In this document: positions 27,732 through 34,411 of the stretch, one piece after another | Numbering within the stretch: the stretch's first letter is position 1 | Layout: the number at the start of each line of letters is the position of its first letter | Virus record (IMG/VR): IMGVR_UViG_3300037722_000333 | Coordinates: 1 to 47,491 of that record | Direction: 5' to 3' (one strand) | DNA length: 47,491 bases | Source: a virus | Translations under genes and position numbers: made by a program | Notes under the pieces: model-generated | The model's input: only the letters and a program-made list of their open reading frames with translations | Told to the model about the DNA's origin: nothing | The model's database searches: none

Positions 27732-28700
27732 CTAATCGGTCAGTTTACGGAAAAGCTGCAATCCCGATTTTGGCGTTATCACATTCTGCTTAATCGGCTT
27801 TTCCAGCACTGGCGAAGTACGTTTCATTTGTCCATGTCCATATCGGCTTTCACGATAACCAACGGTTGCAGCTTTTATCTTCGCGTCTTTTGCTTCCTTA
27901 TTCAATATTTCGCCAATCTGCAAAGAGAAAATCTCATGATCTAAGAAACCACGAAATTTTGCCTGTTGACGAAAATTGCTATATCCGCCGAATTTAGCTT
28001 GTAATTTATGTCCATCAGACGCATTCGTATATGGATTAGCTATTCGATGCTTTACGCAATATTCGCCAATGCGTCGCAGGTTTGCGATTAGATCAGCTCT
28101 GATTATACTGGTTGTAAGTTTCTCAACTGAGGTTTTGCTGAATTTCACCAATTCTCCTACCTTGCCAGTATGTACGATAGAGAGATAGCGAGTAGCGAAT
28201 TCATTGATTTCGTGAATTTCCGCGATAGGAATTTCTGCGGTCTCAATCTGTTTCCGCAAACACACAACGAATTGAAATCTTGCAAACTTTATCTCTTTCT
28301 CGAACTTTGGATTATGCTGGGTATAGGTTTCTTTCATGTATACCCTATTATATACACGAGAGATAGCATAGATAAAATAACCAATCGGGTCAATCAATTT
28401 CAACTTTTCCAACGCCTTTGCATCAGTGTGTAGCCATAACGGATGTGTGTATTGCATAGCCGACACTATCAAAAGCTCTTGTGCTCGTTTACTTCCATGA
28501 ATATGCAAGAGCCCCCGATATTCTTCCGTGCTGATACTGGCCAGATATTTCCCAGTTTTATTGCAATATATCTTACAGCTATCGAAATCTATCTCTTCCG
28601 CGAATTCAATATGCGAAAGTATCGCCGTTATCTTCTCATTCAATTCGCTGATATTGAAATTAACCAATTTATCAACTGTCGTTGCCGTAGGCATATGCAT
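27732..28700 (-). CDS. hypothetical protein (about 320 aa), first gene of the leftward block; weak primase-polymerase-like motifs
   Basis: EEIDFDS (DxD) followed 26 aa later by RGLLHIHGS (sGxGxH-like) and then LHTD. The start may be the second ATG (28694), which is better spaced from GGGGGA. Confidence 0.6.
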   Translation of the reverse strand: MHMPTATTVDKLVNFNISELNEKITAILSHIEFAEEIDFDSCKIYCNKTGKYLASISTEEYRGLLHIHGSKRAQELLIVSAMQYTHPLWLHTDAKALEKLKLIDPIGYFIYAISRVYNRVYMKETYTQHNPKFEKEIKFARFQFVVCLRKQIETAEIPIAEIHEINEFATRYLSIVHTGKVGELVKFSKTSVEKLTTSIIRADLIANLRRIGEYCVKHRIANPYTNASDGHKLQAKFGGYSNFRQQAKFRGFLDHEIFSLQIGEILNKEAKDAKIKAATVGYRESRYGHGQMKRTSPVLEKPIKQNVITPKSGLQLFRKLTD

Positions 28701-28737
28701 AATTCCCCCACGTGCCCAATTCTACCACCGAAGATGC

Positions 28738-28766
28738 ATTCTCTCACACTTCTGCCAATTTGTCAA
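28738..28766 (-). promoter_or_regulatory. candidate leftward early promoter (TTGACA-N17-GAGAAT)
   Basis: Minus-sense read, with a perfect -35 and a 4/6 -10. Bracketed by the 7-bp inverted repeat CTCTCAC (28741-47) / GTGAGAG (28781-87). Confidence 0.4.
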
Positions 28767-28823
28767 CAGGAAAATTCAAAGTGAGAGATATTTTTTCCTG
28801 TTGTTACTAACATGAAACATTTC

Positions 28824-28859
28824 ATAACAAGTTTCCTAACAAGTTTCATAACAAGTTTC
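28824..28859. repeat. three exact tandem 12-bp repeats N-TAACAAGTTTC
   Basis: TAACAAGTTTC occurs at 28825-35, 28837-47 and 28849-59. A degenerate fourth unit (GAAACATTTC) and an inverted TTGTTA lie just upstream (28801-28823). Confidence 0.9.
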
Positions 28860-29009
28860 ACGCATTTTGGGCGGGAGCGGTGCGTTGGTGGCATTTTACT
28901 TACTTGCAGCTAGTATGATTTATGTTAGTAGCTATTCACTAACCAATGAGAGTTATCTACATAAGGGGTATGTTTAAAAAATATCTGTTTATCTATATCC
29001 CATACTCGT

Positions 29010-29018
29010 ATTATAGCA
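29010..29018 (-). promoter_or_regulatory. candidate extended -10 promoter (TGcTATAAT), leftward
   Basis: The minus-sense sequence gcTGcTATAATacg has a perfect -10 with a TG extension. The -35 is poor. Confidence 0.3.
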
Positions 29019-29181
29019 GCTAGCATCATCGGGAACTAATCCGCTACTAACTAATCCATATCAGCTCACAAGTAACTAAACAGCCCTTGAGGGGGTGCGA
29101 CGGGTCGGAATGACGTGTAATTTGTTAGGTTAGGCGTTATGAAATATATCATGTTATTTTCATCGATTGCGAACTCCGGGC

Positions 29182-29210
29182 TTGACATATGCGGCGCTTT
29201 TCCATATAAT
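29182..29210 (+). promoter_or_regulatory. perfect consensus sigma70 promoter TTGACA-N17-TATAAT
   Basis: TTGACA at 29182-87, an exactly 17-nt spacer, TATAAT at 29205-10. Lies 64 nt upstream of ATG 29274. Confidence 0.7.
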
Positions 29211-29273
29211 AGGTCTACCAAAGCGGGATTGCCCCGCAGCGGAAAAAATCGAACCCCTAGGAGAAAACCGAAA

Positions 29274-30086
29274 ATGACCAACACAGCAGAAGTTGAGACG
29301 ACTGACGAAGCGCAAACCGAGAATGCGCCCTTCGCAGAAATGAAGCAGGTAGATCGCTGCTATTTCCCGCCTTCGGAAGTTGCAGGAGCCGGACAGACCT
29401 ACCTCAATCGCATTGCGGCAATTCCCGGCATCATGGGAACGGAAGAAAAGGGCTATAAGGATAGCCTGCTAAAGACAAACTACGATGTCGAGAGTTTCGA
29501 TTTCGGCGAACACCCCACATACGGCTTAGCCGTGATCCCTGTCGGTGTCCGCTTGGAAGGTGAGAACAAAGGAACCGAAATTAAATCCATCGTCATCGCC
29601 GCAATTCCCGATCCCGCTAGCGTTCTCGCCGATTCGGCTGGGCGCGAATTCGTTCTCGACAATATCTCTACCGCGTTCATGACTAAACTTGCGAATGCGG
29701 TCCGCCCAAAAGACGGTATTCAGCCCAAGCTTCCGTTCACACTCACGGAATTCATCACCATCACACGTGGTCGTGAGAGCCTCAAAAGCTACGCTGAACT
29801 TGCACCGTCCATGGTTACTTCGCTCAAGGAACGCGGCCTCAAGCATATCACTGTTCCCATCTTGCGGCAGTGTTTGCGCTCGCAGGCCGAAGCTAACATG
29901 CGTTTCGGCGATGCCGTTACTGCCCCCGCTTGGGAAAATGTCATCAAGGCATTTATCTCTGGCGCAGAACGCAAGGGTCTCGATTCGGCTATCTTCCATC
30001 GCTGGTTGGAAACTCGCGAACAGGCCGTTGACGAAATCGAAATCGATGGCGACTTCTCCGATCTGGATTTTAACCCGGCAGAATAA
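29274..30086 (+). CDS. acidic orphan early protein (270 aa)
   Basis: ATG 29274 lies behind AGGAGA and downstream of a perfect sigma70 promoter. The track's longer start (29139) would include the promoter. Acidic N- and C-termini (..EIEIDGDFSDLDFNPAE). Confidence 0.7.
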   Translation: MTNTAEVETTDEAQTENAPFAEMKQVDRCYFPPSEVAGAGQTYLNRIAAIPGIMGTEEKGYKDSLLKTNYDVESFDFGEHPTYGLAVIPVGVRLEGENKGTEIKSIVIAAIPDPASVLADSAGREFVLDNISTAFMTKLANAVRPKDGIQPKLPFTLTEFITITRGRESLKSYAELAPSMVTSLKERGLKHITVPILRQCLRSQAEANMRFGDAVTAPAWENVIKAFISGAERKGLDSAIFHRWLETREQAVDEIEIDGDFSDLDFNPAE

Positions 30087-30121
30087 CTCGTCAACCTACG
30101 CTATCGCAAACTAACCTACCA

Positions 30122-30164
30122 ATGCCCTGGCGAGTTTAACCACTTTCCGGGGCATTTTCTTTTC
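30122..30164 (+). terminator. intrinsic terminator after the 270-aa early gene
   Basis: ATGCCCTGG / CCGGGGCAT 9-bp stem (one G.U), 16-nt loop, then TTTCTTTTC. Confidence 0.55.
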
Positions 30165-30193
30165 ATCCTCTGTAATTTCACTCATTTTCTTAT

Positions 30194-30222
30194 TTGACAA
30201 TCATTGTAGTTTTTGCTATTAT
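30194..30222 (+). promoter_or_regulatory. sigma70 promoter TTGACA-N17-TATTAT
   Basis: TTGACA at 30194-99, 17-nt spacer, TATTAT at 30217-22. Directly after the terminator and 38 nt before ATG 30260. Confidence 0.6.
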
Positions 30223-30259
30223 CTTAATCTCGTTATTAATCAACTTGTGAGATACAACT

Positions 30260-30520
30260 ATGCTAAACGTTCGCTACAAAGGCAAAATCGGATTAGCCGA
30301 ATACGCTAATCGTAAGCCCTTCATTCGCGGCTTCACCGACGCGCGCAAACACTTACCACTCGGCACGTTAATCCGCGATGTAACTGCGGCAGTCGACTAT
30401 GAACGCGGCAGACTATTCGCCGCTTGCTACTCTGGCCCGTTGCGAGACGACAATTTCAAACTCTCGAAATCTGCGCAGCAGGCATGGAATGCTGCTGTTC
30501 AATCTCACGCAATCATCTAA
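30260..30520 (+). CDS. hypothetical early protein (86 aa)
   Basis: First ORF after the promoter at 30194. Confidence 0.55.
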   Translation: MLNVRYKGKIGLAEYANRKPFIRGFTDARKHLPLGTLIRDVTAAVDYERGRLFAACYSGPLRDDNFKLSKSAQQAWNAAVQSHAII

Positions 30521-30545
30521 TCTCAATCCACCAGGAGTAAACACA

Positions 30546-30806
30546 ATGTACATCTGGAATTACAACGGTATTCAAGTTTTCGATATTATCACAGTACACG
30601 CCTCAACCAACTCTGTCATCCTGCACGGTATAGGCATGGCATACAATCGCCATTTCGCATGGCAAGCACAAGCACAACAACATGGCTGGCAGATTATCAT
30701 AATCTCAGCTACCAACAAACGTATGCAAATTGACGGCTCAACATTCAATCTCGGGCTTGAAGTCTACGCCGCAGCTAAACGATTTCTCGGACTCAATCCG
30801 GAGTAA
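30546..30806 (+). CDS. hypothetical early protein (86 aa)
   Basis: ATG 30546 lies behind GGAGTAAACACA. The track start (30399) overlaps the previous gene. Confidence 0.55.
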   Translation: MYIWNYNGIQVFDIITVHASTNSVILHGIGMAYNRHFAWQAQAQQHGWQIIIISATNKRMQIDGSTFNLGLEVYAAAKRFLGLNPE

Positions 30807-30811
30807 ACACA

Positions 30812-31033
30812 ATGCACTCTACCAACCTGCGACATACGCAACGCATAAGCTACTGGTTTCAATTTTTCACGGAAATCAGTAATCATGATTATGATTATGC
30901 GATACAGAAGGCTGTACGAAATGCAATATGGATAAAAGCTGTCCGTACTCGCCCAATCAACGAAACGCTCCGAGAACGAAATACACGAATTGTCACTGCA
31001 ATCGAAAACGCTGAAAAGGACATGAAAGAATGA
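30812..31033 (+). CDS. hypothetical early protein (73 aa)
   Basis: ATG lies behind the identical GGAGTAAACACA initiation region. Confidence 0.55.
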   Translation: MHSTNLRHTQRISYWFQFFTEISNHDYDYAIQKAVRNAIWIKAVRTRPINETLRERNTRIVTAIENAEKDMKE

Positions 31034-31143
31034 TCCCAATCGATCCCGATGATCCCAAGATAAACCTACTGGACGCACTCGCTATCCTGCTAGGCGTTGC
31101 ATTCGGAGCCTTCATCCTTCTCGCTATCATCTTCGCAATCTAA
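31030..31143 (+). CDS. micro-ORF encoding a 37-aa transmembrane peptide
   Basis: ATGA overlap with the upstream stop. Product MIPIDPDDPKINLLDALAILLGVAFGAFILLAIIFAI. Confidence 0.4.
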   Translation: MIPIDPDDPKINLLDALAILLGVAFGAFILLAIIFAI

Positions 31144-31161
31144 CCCGCAGAGGAAATCGCT

Positions 31162-31362
31162 ATGCAACATCCATTTACCAAAATCATTCCCAACCTACAC
31201 TACATATTCACAAGATCACCAGACCCTAACTCTATCGATTACCATATCCACTACGCTATCGGCGCTGCACGTTTCTACGCTGCACTAAATAATCGTCAAG
31301 GCATGGCGAAAGCAATTCAATGCGAACTGAATGCATTAGCTGATCTGCGCTCTCACAAGTAA
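31162..31362 (+). CDS. hypothetical early protein (66 aa)
   Basis: ATG preceded by AGAGGAAATCGCT. Confidence 0.5.
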   Translation: MQHPFTKIIPNLHYIFTRSPDPNSIDYHIHYAIGAARFYAALNNRQGMAKAIQCELNALADLRSHK

Positions 31363-31394
31363 CCATCTATCAACCACAAACCGGAGAAACCACT

Positions 31395-31568
31395 ATGTAC
31401 AATCTCGCCGAAAAAATCGAAGCTCAGATCTTCGTCGACACATCTTTATTCGTTTTCAGCACTCACCTATCCACGCAGCAGAAAATCGCAGTACTAAACT
31501 ATCTGCGCTGTATAAAAACTACATGCAGGCTTCTGGAAGATGTAGTTAATCGCAAGTCTACTGAGTAA
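31395..31568 (+). CDS. hypothetical early protein (57 aa, below the track cutoff)
   Basis: Hand translation: MYNLAEKIEAQIFVDTSLFVFSTHLSTQQKIAVLNYLRCIKTTCRLLEDVVNRKSTE. ATG preceded by GGAGAAACCACT. Confidence 0.4.
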   Translation: MYNLAEKIEAQIFVDTSLFVFSTHLSTQQKIAVLNYLRCIKTTCRLLEDVVNRKSTE

Positions 31569-31624
31569 GTATGGCGTATGCGAAAGTATTCAGGCTGCGC
31601 GTAATAAATCACTCGCACTAACTC

Positions 31625-31660
31625 AATCCCGCAGTTTGGCAGATTGCTAGCTGCGGGATT
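31625..31660 (+). promoter_or_regulatory. perfect 10-bp stem-loop closing the small-gene operon
   Basis: AATCCCGCAG (31625-34) / CTGCGGGATT (31651-60) with a 16-nt loop. No U-tract on either strand. Confidence 0.4.
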
Positions 31661-31689
31661 AGCTTATGCGGTGTTCACGAAATTGTGAA

Positions 31690-31718
31690 TTGACAGCGGA
31701 ATGCAAGTGTGGTAGTGT
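31690..31718 (+). promoter_or_regulatory. candidate promoter TTGACA-N17-TAGTGT (TG at the extended -10 position)
   Basis: Perfect -35 and a weak -10 preceded by TGG. Overlapped by TAGTG(T/A)GT repeats at 31713, 31724 and 31732. Confidence 0.4.
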
Positions 31719-31762
31719 GTTGATAGTGAGTTAGTGAGTTAACCAGCTAGGGAGTTAAGCAA

Positions 31763-32047
31763 ATGAGTTTCTTTGGTGGCGATCATACGAAATCACACTA
31801 CAGTGTGCAGCTTCTCTATAACGCATTTAAAGGCGAAACTACAGTGCAACGTCGCGACCGTCGTTGTGTAGAGTGGGCAACGATAAATTTATATGATCCT
31901 AACTTTCGTAAAACCAAGTACTGGCAATTTACGAATGGTGATTTAAAGGCTAAGCGATATGCACAAAAACGGGCAGAACAATACGCGAGAGACATTACCG
32001 ATAATACAGGCGTCATCGTGGAAGTTGTTGAGGGCAGCTTTCTTTAA
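31763..32047 (+). CDS. basic orphan protein (94 aa) in its own promoter-terminator unit
   Basis: ATG preceded by GGGAGTTAAGCAA. Followed by a strong terminator. K/R-rich. Confidence 0.6.
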   Translation: MSFFGGDHTKSHYSVQLLYNAFKGETTVQRRDRRCVEWATINLYDPNFRKTKYWQFTNGDLKAKRYAQKRAEQYARDITDNTGVIVEVVEGSFL

Positions 32048-32068
32048 TCCGATAGCAGCTAACCACGA

Positions 32069-32097
32069 GGGGGGGTAATGCCCCCCATTTTTTATTT
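32069..32097 (+). terminator. strong intrinsic terminator
   Basis: GGGGGGG-TAATG-CCCCCC followed by ATTTTTTATTT. Confidence 0.8.
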
Positions 32098-32273
32098 GGG
32101 GCCACCTGGGTATAAATACTTGCTCACCGACACTGCCACAAAAATCCAAAAAATTGTTGATTGCTAATTTAAATTAATTCGTTGATAATGGTTGGGAGAT
32201 AAAGAAAAAATAAAATTTTAAAAATAAATAAATGAAGTAAATGGAAGATGTAAAAATAACATGAAGATAACGA

Positions 32274-32302
32274 TTGCAGATGTATTAGATTAGATGTATA
32301 AT
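32274..32302 (+). promoter_or_regulatory. candidate late-operon promoter TTGCAG-N17-TATAAT
   Basis: Perfect -10 and a 4/6 -35, preceded by about 150 bp of A-tract-rich DNA. Overlapped by the AGATGTAT direct repeat (32278-85, 32292-99). Confidence 0.45.
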
Positions 32303-32350
32303 GCGGGTTAGTTAATGAGGAGGTGGGTTAAGCTGGGTGGTTGGAAGTTA

Positions 32351-32364
32351 GGAAACTTGTTAGG
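32351..32364 (+). promoter_or_regulatory. single copy of the 12-bp motif (GGAAACTTGTTAGG) overlapping the terS RBS region
   Basis: Its reverse complement CCTAACAAGTTTCC matches 28835-28848 in 13/14 positions. It ends 10 nt before ATG 32375. Confidence 0.8.
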
Positions 32365-32374
32365 AACATAAGTT

Positions 32375-32962
32375 ATGAGTAACCAGGACATCGCAGACGC
32401 CAAGATTGAGAAGATCGTTAAGCTGATCAATTATGGCGCAACCAATGCGGAGATAGCACAAGCTACCGGTTTGGAAGAAGCGGAGATTGTGCAAGTGCGG
32501 GCGATGCCGGCTTTCATTGCGAAGCTGGCAGATTCTGCATATGAGGAATTCGACAATTTCACTACTATGAACGATGCTTGGGACAAGTTGGAACAGATGT
32601 CCCTGGTTAATGTACTGCAAGTTGTGGAGTATAATAAGGATCCGGATTTCAACCTCAAAGTGGCGATGTTGGCTAATAAAGCTCAGCGGCGCGGATTGAA
32701 AACTAATAAGCCGATACAAGCTACTGCGCCGACGCGGACAGTTATAGTTATGAATCAACAGTTTGTGGAACTTCTGCAAGCTGATGGGAGAAATCGTGCG
32801 GTGATAACCGGGGAGTCTACTTCGGTAATTGAGCAGATTGAAAATAACGTAAAATCGCAAGATTTCCTTAACCCGGAGAAAGTTGAGCGTATGCTGCATC
32901 CGGAAAATCATATGCGGAATGCGATCGCCGGGATTGAAATCAATGGATCTCTGGATGAATAA
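32375..32962 (+). CDS. terS: terminase small subunit
   Basis: 195 aa, directly upstream of terL. N-terminal HTH-like LINYGATNAEIAQATGLEEAEIVQV. First gene of the late operon. Confidence 0.6.
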   Translation: MSNQDIADAKIEKIVKLINYGATNAEIAQATGLEEAEIVQVRAMPAFIAKLADSAYEEFDNFTTMNDAWDKLEQMSLVNVLQVVEYNKDPDFNLKVAMLANKAQRRGLKTNKPIQATAPTRTVIVMNQQFVELLQADGRNRAVITGESTSVIEQIENNVKSQDFLNPEKVERMLHPENHMRNAIAGIEINGSLDE

Positions 32963-32965
32963 CCA

Positions 32966-34411
32966 ATGGCGTTAGCTCAAGTACAAGTCAATACCGGTGA
33001 TTTGAAACATGCGTTAAAAACGCATGCGGAATTTTTTATCCAATTCCATTTGGGCGAATTGCTGACTCTCGCAATTCCGATTTTTCATCCGGCGGTATTC
33101 GCCAAGATGATCGCGATGGAAATTTCCCGCTTTGTTTGTGCCATACCACGAGGACATGCTAAGACCACACTAGCGAAACTCGCATGTGTATGGTATTTTT
33201 GGTTTACCGATTATCGATTTATTGTTTATGTTAGTAACACTGCCAGCACTGCGCAGTTGGCGGCGTTGGATATTATTAATTTCCTGGAGAGTGAGAATTC
33301 ACAGTCTATATTTCCGATAATTGAATGGGAGATACGGCGGCCGGGTGATGGATTGTATGTATTCCATATAGGAAATAAGAAATGCATTCTGCGCGCATTG
33401 GGAGCTGGGCAGCAGATACGTGGTATCAATATCGATAATCAACGTCCGCAGTTAGCAATTGTGGATGATTTGGAAGATAATGACAATATCGCTACGAAGG
33501 AATTACTAGATAAGTTGATAGGTTGGTTTTATGGACCGTTTGAGAAATGTCTCGATTTGATACATAATAAAATTATCCATATCGGGAATATGATATCCAA
33601 TCAATGTCTACTTAAGAAACATTGTGAAGACCCAGATTGGCATTCTATTCGATTTGGTTGTTTATTGTCAGATGGTACACCATTGTGGCCTGATATTTGG
33701 CCTGTTATAGAACTACAGAAGGATTTCCAACGCTACGTACGTATGAATAAGGTTGATAGCTGGTTTGCGGAAATGATGAATTTGCCAATGGCCAGCAGTT
33801 CGGGATTGATACGCGCAAGTGAAATCTACTATCGGCCGCAGATATATCCTGGCAATCATGATGCTGCATTTATAACGATTGATCCGGCAATCAGTGAAAG
33901 ATCTTGGGCGCATAAATCGGTAGTTGCTTGCTCAGCTAGATTTGATGGTGTATGGCAAGCGGTGGATTATGAGTTATTATCCGCAGTTGATCCGATTATG
34001 TTATTTGAGTCAGCGTACAAAATGGCTATTAAATGGCGATGTCGTCATATCGGTATCGAGTCAATGGCTTATCAAGCATCGATTGAGCCGGTGTTTAAGT
34101 TTCTTTCGGAAATGCGAGGGATCAAATTTTTGGAATTTCATAAGCTCATGAGTTATAAACAGAAGACTGAACGGATATTGACGTTCGCTGGTATGTTAAA
34201 GATTAAGGAATTCGCACTGAACGATGGTGAGTATCCTATCACAGTCCAGTTATTGGAGTACAATCCTAGTAAGCGTGATAATGATGACGATATCATCGAT
34301 GCGTATGGTTATGCTCCTGAGATGATAGCACAAGGTAAAGTACAGTTGATAACGAAAGCTAAAGCAGTTGCAAGTTTGATTAAAACCTCTTATGAAACGT
34401 GTGATATCTGA
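32966..34411 (+). CDS. terL: terminase large subunit
   Basis: 481 aa. Walker A-like AIPRGHAKTT, Walker B LAIVDDLED. Nuclease-type acidic motifs AFITIDPA and IIDAYGYA. Confidence 0.85.
   Translation: MALAQVQVNTGDLKHALKTHAEFFIQFHLGELLTLAIPIFHPAVFAKMIAMEISRFVCAIPRGHAKTTLAKLACVWYFWFTDYRFIVYVSNTASTAQLAALDIINFLESENSQSIFPIIEWEIRRPGDGLYVFHIGNKKCILRALGAGQQIRGINIDNQRPQLAIVDDLEDNDNIATKELLDKLIGWFYGPFEKCLDLIHNKIIHIGNMISNQCLLKKHCEDPDWHSIRFGCLLSDGTPLWPDIWPVIELQKDFQRYVRMNKVDSWFAEMMNLPMASSSGLIRASEIYYRPQIYPGNHDAAFITIDPAISERSWAHKSVVACSARFDGVWQAVDYELLSAVDPIMLFESAYKMAIKWRCRHIGIESMAYQASIEPVFKFLSEMRGIKFLEFHKLMSYKQKTERILTFAGMLKIKEFALNDGEYPITVQLLEYNPSKRDNDDDIIDAYGYAPEMIAQGKVQLITKAKAVASLIKTSYETCDI

Noticed and set aside
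28824-28859. CRISPR-like array
   Set aside because: There are only three 12-bp units, directly abutting with no spacers, and no cas genes. It is a tandem binding-site or iteron-type repeat.
28701-29273. tRNA or other structured RNA gene in the large non-coding regions (also 31569-31762 and 32048-32374)
   Set aside because: Scanning by eye found no cloverleaf-compatible arm set or conserved T-loop (GTTCGAATC-like) sequence. Only promoter, terminator and repeat elements were evident. A tRNAscan or Infernal run would settle it.
29066-29284. 72-aa minus-strand ORF, and the 5' extension (29139-29273) of the plus-strand ORF
   Set aside because: Both run across the perfect sigma70 promoter (29182-29210) and its leader. 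ATG 29274 has a proper AGGAGA RBS, so the upstream extension and the antisense ORF are unlikely to be coding.
32315-32371. 18-codon upstream ORF (MRRWVKLGGWKLGNLLGT) in the late leader, as a possible leader peptide
   Set aside because: There is no SD in front of its ATG. The GAGGAGG inside it is not followed by a start codon at a usable distance. It may be a chance frame in G/T-rich DNA, so it is kept only as a note because it spans the 12-bp motif copy.
32360-32911. 183-aa minus-strand ORF antisense to terS
   Set aside because: It lies entirely inside the plus-strand terS ORF, which has an RBS, an HTH-like N-terminus and operon context. The antisense product is L/R/H/I-rich, as is typical of shadow frames. 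The same reasoning applies to 6091-6513, 7911-8402, 12531-12989, 18721-19209, 21309-21770, 29526-29999, 40795-41157 and 41251-41685.
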